Shown: positions 50,815 through 64,000 of the stretch, piece after piece
Position numbering within the stretch: position 1 is the stretch's first letter
Layout of the letters: every line of letters starts with the position of its first letter
From: Podarcis liolepis
Taxonomy: Eukaryota
Direction: 5' to 3' (one strand)
DNA: 64,000 bases
Assembly (NCBI GenBank): GCA_965112155.1
Contig: OZ218112.1
Position numbers and translations under genes: made by a program
The notes under the pieces: model-generated
Database searches by the model: none
Seen by the model: only the letters and a program-made list of their open reading frames with translations
What the model was told of the DNA's origin: nothing

Positions 50815-51290
50815 CAATAATAACAATAACAATAATTCATCCTGAATGAGCCCAGGGTGGCAGACACGGCAAGGATAAAACAGTTCTAAAAAATTCTAGA
50901 AAGAGTTTTAAAACATTATCTCAGGCAAGAATCTCAGGGTTGCTTGGAACAGTGTCTTTCAAACCATCAAATGCCCTGGTAAACAGCAATGTTATACTGT
51001 TTCTCCTGAAAGCCAATAGTGAAGGAGGCAGATGCACCTCCACAGGGAGGGCAGTCCACAAATGGGGAACCACCACCAAAAAGGCCCTGTTGTGGGTTAA
51101 CATCAACTAGTCAACCCTAATGGCAGAACTACTACCAAGTCCTCATTGTAAGATCTGAGATGGATGATAGGGGAGAAGATGCACTTTAGGTACTTGAGTC
51201 CCAGTCCTCCTAGGGATTTATGTGATAGAATTAACACCTTGAATTTGGCTGGTACCCTATCTGCAGCCAGTGCAGTTCTTTCACAGTGGC
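50815..51290 (-). mobile_element. Degenerate L2 3' fragment
   Basis: ORF 50921..51106(-) has RAFLVVVPHLWTALPVEVHLPPSLLAFRR..TLLFTRAF, L2-like; upstream KVLILSHKSLGGLGLKYLK-like remnant. Confidence 0.7.
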
Positions 51291-52695
51291 AGCAGCAGCA
51301 GCAGCAGTAGCGGGTGATTCATTCCTTGGAGGTTGGATCTGCTGCCCGTGCGGATCCTGCCGCCTGAGGTGGTCATCTCACCTTGCCTCATAGGTGGGGC
51401 AGCCCTGCCTTGGAGGGTATAAAACTACTTCCACCCACTTATTCCTGACTACATCATAATAATATGCATTGCACTGCACAACCTCAACCCATTAAAGAAA
51501 CAATGAGCACTAACAGCAGGTGCAAACATCAACCTCACACTCAAAGTAGCTCAAAGCAGCCTTACACACCAGCTGCAAGCAAAACACTTTGGTTGCAATC
51601 ATTTGTTTAAGTGAAAACAAAACACTATCTTCTTTCCAAGCTCCCCTTCCATCCTCAATACATATTTACCATTTGCTGTTATGTAGTCGCACCTCATATT
51701 TTATGGGCACAGATTCAATGCACTCACTATTATTGCCATTTATAGACCGCTTACCACCTGAAAGATCTCAGTGCAGTTTACAAATACATTAAGCATATAT
51801 ACATGGTGAGCACAATAAAATCATGTCAAATGATGATATCAGGTTGGGTGGGTGAGAAAATACTGCTTCAGCTCCAGAAGTGTGATTGCCACTTCGCCAG
51901 GAGAAATCACTGGAGATTCAGCCCCATTCATTGCTACATTTGAGCTGTACATTTACCTGGAAATAAATCCCATAGAACTCAATGGGTAGACAAGTATAAA
52001 AGTGCACCGTGGAAGTATAAACTTGTGAGGATTACAGAAAAACTCTTTTCGTGGATGACGTAGAAGAAATCCACCTCTGCAGGACTCCCCCCCCCCTTTT
52101 GAGGTTCCACTTTATTGGATATGCTTACTGGCATTGAACTCAAAATGCTGTAACCTGTGTTTTTTCTTGAGTCATATTTCAAGGGTTTTGGCATTGCATT
52201 TGGCATATATTTATATATTTATGTTTTTAATAGCTGTTTAGGATTACTTGGCTCTGCGATTGCAGGCTCTCTTTTTTGGAGATATGTTGCTTTAGCTTTT
52301 TTTTAAAAAAGCCTAGCAATAATAAAAGTCACTTTTCTCTGTTTTTCCATGCAAATACAGTTGTTGTTTTTTTTGTTTTTATTAAGTATTGCACTGAGGA
52401 CATATGTTCAGAATCCAAATGCCAACATTACAAAAACATTTATTCCTGATGGAATTCAAACATATCAGAACCCAAGAAATATCCGAATGTCAGAACAATA
52501 ATGGAATACCAGTCTGTTCACCCCTAATCCCCAACTCTGAATTTGGGATATGGCCACATAACCAGATTCTGTAATTGACTAGCCTGATTTCCACAGACAA
52601 ACCTGGACCTTGATGTTAAACATAACCACTCTCAAAATGCCTGTTACTTCTAGCCTGAGACTGAGGTGCTCAGGTTCTGCTCATGGGCTTCCCTG

Positions 52696-53362
52696 GTAAA
52701 GAAAAAGGACCGCTGGACGGTTACGTCCAGTCAAAGGTGACTATGGGTTTGTGGCGCTCATCTCACTTTCAGACCCTTTCTGGGTCATGTGGTCAGCAGG
52801 ACTAAAGTGCTTCTAGCACAATGGGACACCATGACAGAAACCAGAGCACACAGAAATGCCATTTTCCTTCCCGCCACAGTGGCAGTGCCAGATTTACATA
52901 TAAGCTAAACAAGCTATAGCTTAGGGCCCCACTCTCTTGGGGTCCCCCCAAAAATGTAAAGGAAAAAAATGGATATACATTTCCAAAATATAAGATAAAA
53001 AACAAATAAAATAAAACCTACATACAGCAACAGTGTTTTGTGTTGTGTAGGTCCATAAATTACCATATAGCATATATTCAACACAAAAAACAGCAACAAT
53101 TTGTGGTTGACAAAGGACAGCTGGACACATAAAGGGCCCCATTACGTTCAGTAGCTTAGGGCCTCTTCAAAACTAAATCTGGCCCTGCACAACGGTACCT
53201 ATTTATCTACTTGCACTTTGACGTGCTTTCGAACTGCTGGGTTGGCAGGAGCTGGGACAGAGCAACGGGAGCTCACCCCGTCATGGGGATTCGAACTGCC
53301 AACCTTCTGGTCGGCAAGCCCAAGAGGCTCAGTGGTTTAGGCCACAGCGCCACCCACATCCC
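52696..53362 (-). mobile_element. Sauria SINE split by a hAT MITE
   Basis: 3' half at 52696-52882 and 5' half at 53188-53362 are collinear with the 63561 copy. Confidence 0.88.
52883..53187. mobile_element. hAT-type MITE (305 bp)
   Basis: TIR CAGTGCCAGATTTA / TAAATCTGGCCCTG; 8-bp TSD cacagtgg / cacaacgg. Confidence 0.85.
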
Positions 53363-53942
53363 TGTAGCATCTGATCAGCCACTGTGAGAACAGGATGCTG
53401 GACTAGATGGGTCATTGGACGGATCCAGCATCCAGACTCTTCTTCTGTTCTTATGAAAAGGTTCCAGGCATACTGTTGGTGACAGTGACTTATTATGATT
53501 ATTACATCATTATGCTGTGGATTTCATTTTTTAATTATTGTATTGCATAAATTATGTTCTTAATGTAGTGCTCAGCCCTGGGATCTTTGGATAAAAAGTG
53601 GCATATAAATCCAGATAAATAAACCCTTGGTGGGTTGTTTTTTTTGGGGGGGGTGCAGATCCATTAGCCAATAAACATTTTTAGTAGTCTGCTTAGCAAC
53701 ATCGTAATGGCCTTAACAACAGAAAGCGCCTCTCTTTTGAGTTATGAAATTCCCCTGTGCAGTTTCCTGCCAGTTATCCAAACTTAGCATGGGAGATCAA
53801 GTCAGAGGGTTTACATAAGGTGCAAGGCAAAGGATTCAGCTGCAATTCTGCAAAGCAGAACTGAGCAGAGAAGCACGCTGCAATAAACCACTTCCAAAGA
53901 GCAGCCCCTATCCCCCATCGTTGCACCAAATAAGCATCATTA

Positions 53943-54173
<231 letters not shown>

Positions 54174-56912
54174 TCAGCAACAACTTCAAATCTTTCATTG
54201 AAAGAGACATTTTGTGAATATTTAATATGAGCTTCTTCTTTTAAAGCAAAGTAGTACAGCAGGGCATCCACACACCCCCTTTATAAAGGAGAAAAGGCAA
54301 GCTAATCAACTCTCCTGGGGGTGGGATGGGGGAAGAACCCCAATGGATAAGATCATTTCAATGATCCATGTATGCAAGCTTCCTGCATCCAACAGCAACC
54401 AAACAGATGCCTACAGGAAGCCCTTAAGGAAACTCTTGTCACTGTCGCTCTTTAGAAAATTGTATCCAGAGATAAATTGTCCCTGACCATGGAGGTTCTG
54501 CATCTCCATTGTGGCAAATAGCCACTGATAAGTAGGAAAAGACAAAGCTGCAGGAGCCCCAAGTGACAATGAAATGATATCAGAAAGGACGATTATTTGA
54601 ACATGAACAATTATACATGCAAACACTTGGGTATGCTTATGTAAAATGCAAAATTACAAAAATACAAATTCTCCAAAATATAACCACTGTGTGAAAAACA
54701 ATGAAGTTTTCCATGCAATACAGATAATTAAGGACGAGAGCTCCAAGATTAAACTTCGCTTCATGTTGCTTCAAAATCAAATTGGAGAATTATTCACAAG
54801 TAGCATAACCTGAGATATAATTCTGGACATCTTATCAATTAGTATCAATTAGTATCTGATTCACAGAGAACACCATTTTTTCTTATTTGGTGAATTTGTA
54901 TTTTAACATTTTGTATTTTATACAAAATGTGGGATGAATTTACCCCACATGTGCCCACTGAATCATTTTGATTTGCGGAACTGGCATTGTTACCAGTACA
55001 CAACTATACGTGCTCTGTACTTGCAAGGAATCAATTTCTGGAACTCCCTGCCTATTCACATCAGATAGGCAGCTTTGCTGCACTGTTTTGGCACCTCCTA
55101 AAACTGTTCTTGTTCAGGCAAGCCTATCCAGGCACACTGAGCTGGTGTGCTTTAATCTTTTTCCTTTTTTAAAAAAACTTGTTATTATCTTTAAAGGTTT
55201 TTAATTGTTTTAAGTGTTTTTATTGATAATTTCAATATTCCTTAGAGGTTTTCCTACAATCAGGTGTAGCATCAATCCTGTTAAATAATAAATAAATAAA
55301 ATAAGCATATACCCACATATGTTCATGTTTCAATTATTATTTTTGATATCATTTCAGTCTCACTTGGGTTCCTGCAACTTCTTCCTTTGTTACTTACACA
55401 TGATGAACCCCTCCTCTGTTTGTTGTTGTTTTTTGTTGTTGTTAAATAGCCACTGACAGGCATATGATTACATGAATTTCGAGGATGGTTGATCCTTCAT
55501 CTAGCTGGTAGGTAGCCTGCCAGTCTGTGTTCACGCCTCTCCTCCTGCGATTAGAGCATTGGACCAGGGCCTGGGATGCCAGCAGCTGGTCACAGTCTTT
55601 CAGCCTAACCAATCTCAAAGGGCTGTGGTGTGGATAGATTTGTTGCATAATTGCCTAGTTTGTTGTGGTTGCAACCCACCCTGCATAAAGCATGGATAGG
55701 AAATCAAATAAAATAGGGGACAAATAACTAAAATGCAGAGGAGGAGAACCTTTGGAAGTCCCAGAAGCAGTCCCAATGATCAGTTGGTTGCCGGGGCTTC
55801 AAAGCACCGCAGCATCTGACTTCATTGTGATGGAAGGTGATTGACAGGTGGTCAGCCCCACACACTTATCAAATATGGCCCATACAGGATATAGATGTGT
55901 GTATGTAGGTGTGAGAGTGTCAGTGAGCAATCAAAAGAGATGTTAGATTTTGGATGGTACTTGCTTTGGTTTCAGTACATAGATATGCAGCAGTCCATTT
56001 AGCAAAATGTATATACTGCTAATCATAAATAAGCAAATCGTCTAAGCCATTTACATAAAACCATATAGAACATTATTATTTTTAAAGAGCAAGAGACAGA
56101 CGTTGAAAGGCAGCAGGCAGGATAACAATTCTAAAATACAGATACAATCAACAGGTTTTTGTTTTTTATAAAAAAAAGAACTCAAATGTCCATACTAATA
56201 TTCTATGTGTTGTTCATAGACTGCAGGTGGGACACAGACCACATAGAGTGCATGGGACTCAGAAAACTCAGCTGGTGCTCTATAGCTCAAGGAAAACCTG
56301 GCAGCAAAAGGCAGCACTTGTTTGTTTGTTTCTCTTCGAAAGTTGACCTAGATCTGCATGTACCCATATAAATCAGCAGGTGTAATTTTTTGCAGATTTG
56401 GGCCTGCACCCCAGGTCTTTCCAGCACTTAGGAACACCTTAGACAGCAAGTCAATAACAGCAATACATATCAAAGCATCTCCCTTGCAGCAGCAGCCTGC
56501 AACCAATTCATTTCAAAACATGATAATACAGCAATCCAAACAAATGACCCAATTCTGCAACAGTTCATTTCAATAATGCTGACATTATAATGACATTTCA
56601 GCTTCGGTAGAAGATAGGCAGTATCAGCCACTAAAGCTAACACAAAATCAATTATTATTTATCAGTTGTTAGAATACATTTTGTTAAAATACATAAGCCA
56701 TGAGTTGGATACAATAAAACTTTCCGGTGCAGCCAGGTATCCGTCATCCATCAGTTCTTCCAAAGAGCCAAGTGCTGTGAATAGAAACCAGATACGGGCA
56801 CCCAGAAAACTGCATTATACTGAGTCAGACAATTGGCCTATCTGGCTCAGTGTTATCTGCACTGACTGGAAGCAGCTTTTCAGAGGCACAGACAGACGTC
56901 TTTCCTTGTGGT

Positions 56913-57217
56913 CAGTGGCGGAGCTGGGCTGATCAGCGCACTGCGTGATCCTCCCCAGCACCCAATCTCGGTGAGGCTGTGCAATCCTCCCCAGGGGCCG
57001 ATCTCAGCACAGGGGGCACCCCCCCTCATTACTCCCAAGCATACAGCAAGCCGGGGGGAAGGGGGAGAGCCACAGCAGCTGCTGCGCCACTTGCCGCTTT
57101 GCCGCTCGCTGGGCTTGGGGGAGTAGCGGGGTGAGTGTGTGTGTGCCGAATGTCACCCCCTTCAGGATGACACCTGGGGCGGACCACACACCCCACGCCC
57201 CTCTTCCTATGCCCCTG
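56913..57217. mobile_element. GC-rich hAT-type MITE (305 bp)
   Basis: Imperfect TIR CAGTGGCGGAG / CTATGCCCCTG; 8-bp TSD cttgtggt / cttgaggt. Confidence 0.75.
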
Positions 57218-58087
57218 CTTGAGGTCTCAGGAGAGGCAGGGTACTGGACATGGGACAAATGTGTGCACACTGAATCCCACAAGTCCCCATGATCATCACC
57301 CTGTGCGCAACTGCCCTCCAGACATCCTCGTGCTGAGTGTGTGTGGGAAACTGGCCATGCTTTTGTGAGGTCTTCTCCCCCCCCCACAACCCCCACCCAT
57401 GCACAAATTGATGTGGACTTGTGGTGAACTCAGTTTAAGATTAGAGAAATGAGACACTGAAATTGACAGCTTTATCCATTCCTACTACTGGGCTATGATT
57501 AAAATACAGGCAGGTCGAAACCTTCTTTCTCAAGGTTAACTAAGGGGCCATCTACAAAAGCCCATACGAGTGGCTGGCTGAAAATTACTTCTGTAGGACA
57601 GTGGTTTTCTAGGGTGGGGGAAGGAGCTGCATAGATAGGAACCCACCATGGGAGTACACCGTGCTCATAAGACCTCTTTTTGGCAATCTCTCTACCCTGC
57701 TGTCATTATCATGGTCATTTTTGCTAGTTCCTAATAGCAATGAGAAGCAGGTTACAAAAAGTTTCTACATGAGGAATGGCCACAACATTTTCTGTAGAGT
57801 GTATCATAATTTCAGAGCTTTGGGGGAAATGGTTTTGTTTTTGTTTTTTGGCAGCCATTTATTATGTGGTCTTAACATAAACTTGTCTTCCCAACAGATA
57901 ATCTAATTATTTATGCTAGCGGTAAAAAGGTTCATTGAAAATGAACACATTTTGTCATACGCAGCATAATTGGTATCACTCCTGGTTCTTCCTTTGGCTA
58001 CGATGAGCATTTAGCAGCCACCAGATTCAGACTGCTGAGAGAGGTGTCTAGGGGCCTACCCACAATCCATCTGCCTCATCCATCACA

Positions 58088-58672
58088 CATAGGAGGGTGC
58101 AGAAATTTGGAGTGGCTGAATGGAAGACTATTCAGATGCACTTCCCAGTAGCATGGGATCATCACAAGAAGAAACAGCTCCCATCATATATGAAACCAAG
58201 CAAGGGGGCATGGAGTGAGTCCATCACTGCCAGAAGGAGGACCCTTGTTATTAGGGGAGGGATCACCATCCTGGAGCCAAGCTACTTTTCATCAGGAGAT
58301 GAGGCTGGGGACTCAGAGTGGAGGGAGAGGGACCATCACTGTGAGCCTTAGAAGTACTTGCACTGGAGAAGCCCTAACAGCCAGTACCCTTCTCTCCACC
58401 CTCTGACTCAGGAGACTGCATCTCAGAAGGCCCAGAGCAAGAAGAGTCTCCTTACTCCACCCAAGCAAACCATTGTTGGAGAAGGCTTGGGCTTCTTAAA
58501 TTAAAGAAGCCATATCTATTGAGGCAGAGGTCCAGCTCCTATAAAAGGCTTGGCCTGTGAGTAGCTGTTGCTGAAGCAACATCTAAGCTGTGTTTTGATG
58601 TTGCATTATTCATCCTGAGCCATGGAGCTGTCCATGGTACCTCCCTTGCTTTTGTTGAGACCAGAACTTACA
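58088..58672 (+). mobile_element. Possible degraded solo LTR
   Basis: Similar layout to 59048-59551: purine-rich body, TATAAAAG near 58539, ends ttaCA; possible TSD tcaca/tcaaa. The left TG is not preserved. Confidence 0.35.
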
Positions 58673-59047
58673 TCAAAATAATTCATTAATATAGATTCAT
58701 TTGATTTACTGTATTTTTTTCTCATGAGTGTGGCTTTGAATTGCTCTGAATTTTGATATATGCTTCTTTTTTTTGGTTAAAAATATTAGTCCAATGTTTG
58801 CTTTTGAGTGGGATGTTTGCTGTTAGCTGCATTGGGCTTCACTTTGGAATGAAAAGTGTGGCATAAGCAATAGAGGAGGTGTGGAGAAACTTGGCCCCTT
58901 CCACATGCTACAACCCCCACCATCCCTGGCCATTGGCCATGCTTGCTGGGGCTTATGGGAGTTGTGGTTCAGCAACATTTGCTGAGCCAGAAGCTCTCCA
59001 TCCCTGCAATAAATGGAAGTGAATACGAATAAAACCTAGATAACAGA

Positions 59048-59551
59048 TGTTAGGGGTTGGCAGTGCTCTGAAGAGTGTGTGGTGGAGCCAGGTGACCAGG
59101 GGAGTGACCCAGGAGATGGAACCAGCGATTTCCTAGGGTGTCATGCCACCTGCAAGGCAGGAGCTGTGGGAGAAGGGAGAGTCTAGGAAGTCTGAGGCAG
59201 AAGAAGGCATGCAGGATGTGGCAGAGGAAGAAGGGGTGGTCCAGGTGAGGGGCGGGCCAGTAGATTCCCCACCTTCCCCTGACAAACTGTGTCCTAGAAC
59301 CAGGGGGGGAGAAGTCTCAAGTTGCAGGCACACAACCCATAAGAAGGTATATAAGCTGGAAGAGGGAAGGGGCTCTCCTGTTGCTGCAGCTGCACCACAG
59401 GACTCAGACCTATGGAGCTCTGCCTAGAATCTAGAAGCATGTGTGCATGTTTATCCAAAGCACCGTGGAAGCTGCTAGAAGTGTTTATCTTGCCAATAAG
59501 TAATTAACTATTGGATGTGTGCTTCTTCCTTATCTGGGACTGGCTGTGACA
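59048..59551 (+). mobile_element. Probable solo LTR (504 bp)
   Basis: TGTTA...TGACA termini, purine-rich U3-like part, TATATAAG near 59347, AATAAG near 59495; TSD is degenerate (acaga/gcagc). Confidence 0.5.
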
Positions 59552-61730
59552 GCAGCACCCTTTGCCCCTCCCCCATTTATTTCCATCCATGTAAGATTTT
59601 GCTTAATGTGGAACACAAAGATCTGGTCTAGTTGTTTCACCTTCAAATGTGCAGAGAAGGAGGCAGCTCCCTGAGGAGCAAAGCATGGACAGCGGAGTCC
59701 ATGCAGCCCTTTGGGTCTCAGAGTTTCAACAATGATTGCATGAACTCTCTCCCTTTAACAAAGCACAAGATGACAGGAGAAGCTTCATTTGCGCTGAGTA
59801 ATAAATGGTTCAGTCCCCAGCATCTCCAGGTAGAGAGATGGAAAGGCTCCCTGAATAAAAATCTGGGCAGTCGCTGCCAGTCCAATGTAGACAGCACTCA
59901 GATAGATGGCCAACTCAACATTAAGCAGCTCCCTATTTTTCTTGCAACCGATTCATGGTGGACAGATCTAGTTGTGACTGACTACCTGTGTTAGGCAAAA
60001 GCAGAACAACAGCCGAGTTTTGATGCTGCTGCCACACCCTGCTTGTGCACCACCTTGAAGAATTATTTTACTTATTGCATTTCTATACAACCTATTCAAC
60101 CAAGCTCTCTGGGCTATTTAAAACCAAGACTAAAATGAAAATACATTTTGCAATAAAACCACATTTTTTTAAAAACAAACACAATGTTTTTAAAATAATA
60201 TTAATAACAATCCCACACAGAAAAAGTCCAGGAAAAGAAAGCCACCTTAAGCTAGCAGAAAACCAAGCCCCCCCAAACAATTAAATCCACCTTAAAACCC
60301 AATAACCTGACAGAAAAATACAAGTGTTTGACAGATCATAATGGAAAAGGCATGGGAGAAGAAGCAGCTTGGTGACTAGCAATGTCATGGCCTGGGTGCC
60401 GGGCGAGCCTTTCTGGGGAGGCCATTCCATCCGTGAGGTACCACTACTAACAAAACCCTCTCCCTAGAAATCACTTGCCTTTGGCAAGGAAAACCTAGGG
60501 AAGAATCTATTTTCAAGGTGTGCTTGAAAAAAGGCATTTCATTAATTCATTCATTCTATACCACCCTTCAAGGATCACAGGGCAGTTCACAATATAAAAA
60601 CATAAAAATACAGAACACAATAAAAAGCAAAATAAAAAATATCTCCCTCCTGCCCAGACACACACAGAACCTTCCTGGTTGGCCATGATCAAAAGTCTGA
60701 ATGCTGACGTGGATGAGCCACTTAAATGGACTTGAATACTTCAAGAGTTTTGACACTTGAGATGTGTACCATTAGGACCCATCCAGTTATTGTGATTGCA
60801 ATTTGTTTTAAATTGTATTTAATGTTGTATTTTGAATGATTGTGGTCCACCCTGGGACCTTAGGGTGAAGAGTGGGTAGATCGTGGAAGAGGAGGAGAAC
60901 CTATAAACACAAAAAAAAAAAACAAAAAAAGGAGGCTCTCTTCCAGATCACTGTGCATAACTAATTCAGCTTTCCTACAGCTGATATCTCTGCAAGGACT
61001 ATGTTCTTGAACTATGAGACCTTTGGGTATTGGGCGGTATTAAATAAAATAAATAATAATAATAAAAAATAATGTTTTTAAAATAATTGTCATGGACACA
61101 GACTCCTGAAGGAAAGCTGTGCTGGGATAACTCCCACCCTCCAACAAACAAATGATTCAAAGGGTTATGGACATATTTGTGTAAGGAAAAAACATTTTCC
61201 CACTGGATATTTTCACCTGACTAAATCCAACTCTGAAGATAGAGAAGAAAGACTGAAAGCAGAATCAATCTGAGGTCTATCACCAGAGTGTGGAACATGC
61301 AAATTTAATGAAGTGGGCTGGTTTCTTCACCCTCTCCCCCACAGTTCTTGGTGGGATCATTTGTTTCTGGTAGCTTTGGAGAAGCAATGGCTTGGATTTA
61401 TTCCAGGCAAAATGAGGGGGTGAGAAAACTTTCTCCAGGTGGAGAACAAAAACCTAATGAGATCCAAAGCAAAGAGATGATCTCTATGGAGATAACATTT
61501 GCACAGGTTTTTCAGAAGCCACCACTACCTCCACTGGTTCATTGAACATTCAAGTGTTTTTGTACAGAAGGTTGAACAGCAAACACACAGACAATAATGA
61601 TGTTGCCTTGATTCCATCTGCCACATGCTATCTCCAAAACAGCCATTGGATTTGGTGTTGTTGTTTTTTTAAGCCATTCATATGGACTTGTAGACTGCAC
61701 AAACAAACCATTTCCAAGGTGAATACTCAC

Positions 61731-61841
61731 TGTAGGTACTCTCTTCCTCTTTAGTGCCATCGATAGTTCCATCTGCTTGTAGCTGCAAGTGATACCCTTG
61801 TCGGCTGTACAGTTTTGTTACAATGCCTTTAAGCTGTGGTT
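61731..61841 (-). CDS. FGF13: FGF13 coding exon 2 (111 bp)
   Basis: Minus strand reads cttacag|AA CCA CAG CTT AAA GGC...TAC A|gtgagt, giving (E)[36 protein letters not shown](T). This matches the FGF13 core N-terminus; splice sites are canonical and the phase fits exon 3. Not in the ORF track. Confidence 0.97.
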
Positions 61842-62438
61842 CTGTAAGAAAACAAACAAGTGGAAAAGATTAACAGTTCAGTTATAAAACTGACATTGCA
61901 TATGCTTTCAGTGAACAAAAAAGACATGCCTCATTTTTCCAGAGATAAAACTCCCAAGCTAGAAGTTTCACAGCTATTTGTGAGATTGCCGAAACAAATC
62001 AGCAAATGGAGGATTGGTGGTCACCACTGACTTGGGGTAAGAAATGCAGGTGGTTTTAAAACACAAATCTTGTGCCAGTGGATCAAAATGCCAGCAGTAT
62101 GTTACATGGCTGAAGGAGCTAGATCTGATTGCTATTAAGATTAGAAATGTGTTGGCAAGGAAAAGATTCTGCTTTTTAATGAGCTTGAGATTCATCAGCA
62201 GTAGAATAAAAAGAGAAGGGAGGAAGGAAAAACACTTCTTAAAATGAGAGGACGTGTGCTAACCAAGAACCAAGCTGAGAGGTATAGTTAGTACCACTGC
62301 AGTTCCAATTAACCATTGAGCATCAAGAGACAGAAGTACTAAAATATATGCTATAGGAAGGTAATAGGAAAGAGGGTAAGTGTAAGCAACAATACAGCAG
62401 AATTGAACCCAAATTATGTTTTTACTTGGTTTCAAATG

Positions 62439-62489
<51 letters not shown>

Positions 62490-62589
62490 ACTCTACAGTG
62501 AATATCTGGAATTTGGCAAGTATTGCGATTCCAGACAAATGTTGAGAATGTCCAAAAACACCAAGGATACACTATCCAAAGTTTAACAT

Positions 62590-62655
<66 letters not shown>
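62439..62655. repeat. (GT)n(GA)n at 62439-62488 and (AAT)n at ~62590-62655
   Basis: Direct reading. Confidence 0.92.
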
Positions 62656-63560
62656 TTCTTTAAAATGTTTAAACTGGGTTGAATGTTGTATTTTTACATT
62701 CCTGTAATCTACCCTGGAATCTTATAGTGAAAGAAGAAAGAGAGAGAGAAGGAAAGAAGAAAGAAAGAAAGAAAGAGGATCTGTCTGTATCCAAAAAGTA
62801 GGGAAATCTGTCATTTGTCTTTGAATGTTCCCCAGACATTCATCTGGCATTGTCAACATCCATGTGCAAATGTCAGCATGTGCCACAGTCGGGTGATTCA
62901 CTGGAAAGTCTATGCAGTCCTCCAGGATTTCGGCATCAAGAACCCGCTGGCTCCTGTCCCCCACCCCCTCAGGTGCCCCTGGCTAGAGCAGAGTGCCCCT
63001 TGACTGGGATTAGGGAGCCCAGCAAATGCACACCCATGCCTCCATCTGTAACCTGCTATGCAGTTAAACAGACATATGAACATTTCCGAAACTCATGGGT
63101 ACAACAACATCCTTGCCATCTTGATGGTTAGTAAATGAGACTGTAAGGCTCAGTCAGAGCATCAGAGGAATGTGAAGACTTGACTGAAGAATGACTTGTG
63201 ACACAATGAAATGTAGCCTCATGAATGGCACGTTTCTTTCCAGAAAGGGTCAACAAACACCTGCGCCATAGATATGGGGATCTGTGCCTGGGGATTTGTC
63301 TGGCTTCATCAATTTTAGTTAGTTTGGGACCTCTGCAGTGAAACAGTGAGAGGTGCAGAAGCAACTGTTGTCCACCTCCAGCCACAGCAAAGAAGCTGTT
63401 CCCATCTCGTTCAAGTGGAATCTGGCAGTGATGCATACTGCTTCCCAAAAGCAACCTCAGAACATTAGCAAAGCAGACCAACCTGGTGATGCTGTCAAGC
63501 TTATTTAGGGCCTCACCATCCATCATGTCCCTCTTTTAGGTTGCATTTAAGTGGCCTTTA

Positions 63561-63916
63561 GGATGCAGGTGGTGCTGTGGTCTAAACCACAGAGCCTAGT
63601 GCTTGCCGATCAAAATGTCAGTGGTTCAAATCTCCAAAATAGGGTGAGCTCCCGTTGCTCAGTCCCTGCTCCTGCCAACCTAGCAGTTCGAAAGCACGTC
63701 AAAGTGCAAGTAGATAAATAGGTGCCACTCCGGCGGGAAGGTAAACAGCATTTCCGTGCGCTGCTCTGGTTTGCCAGAAGCTGCTTAGTCATGCTGGCTA
63801 CATGACCCAGAAGCTGTACATCAGCTCTTTCGGCCAGTAAAGCGAGATAAGCGCCACAACACCAGAGTCGGCCACAACTGGACCTAACCGTCAGGGGTCC
63901 CTTTACCTCTACCTTT
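63561..63916 (+). mobile_element. Full-length Sauria SINE (Squam1)
   Basis: tRNA-like head with A/B boxes, body cctgccaacctagcagttcgaaagcacgtcaaagtgcaagtagataaatagg, (accttt)n tail. Probable TSD tttaagtggccttt (63546-63559) / tttaagttaccttt (63914-63927). Confidence 0.9.
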
Positions 63917-64000
63917 AAGTTACCTTTGGAATTTTTGTTTTTTGGAAGCATACCTCTAGAAATGTGATATATTGCGATGACAAATGGGGTTGAAAACACA

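Noticed and set aside
61842-64000. FGF13 exon 1
   Set aside because: No MAAAIASSLIRQ-like or other recognisable first-exon sequence was found; it must lie beyond the window.

Overview
Vertebrate genomic DNA, almost certainly a squamate and probably a lacertid lizard (Sauria/Squam1 and Squam3-type SINEs, CR1, L2, L1, Tigger and hAT MITEs). The only confident host gene is FGF13 (FHF2) on the minus strand. Coding exons 2-5 lie at 61841-61731, 54127-54024, 27819-27621 and 26189-26053, all with canonical AG/GT sites; exon 1 is outside the window. A ~2.9 kb 3'UTR probably ends near 23100. Notable structures: (1) a young Penelope/Poseidon-type RT + GIY-YIG retroelement in intron 3, inserted into a (TA)n microsatellite, built as a 961-bp inverted repeat with a 3' end at both outer edges, each arm carrying a minimal hammerhead ribozyme motif; (2) a near-identical 6.03-kb tandem duplication (13519-19546 / 19547-25568) that copies the distal FGF13 3'UTR and poly(A) signal, either real and recent or an assembly artefact; (3) an orphan, very basic 103-aa ORF at 7598-7909; (4) a Tigger1-like MITE, nested TE stacks, possible solo LTRs and several repeat-free blocks that may be enhancers. 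Most ORFs in the supplied track are spurious. Family names come from recalled consensus features, not database searches.
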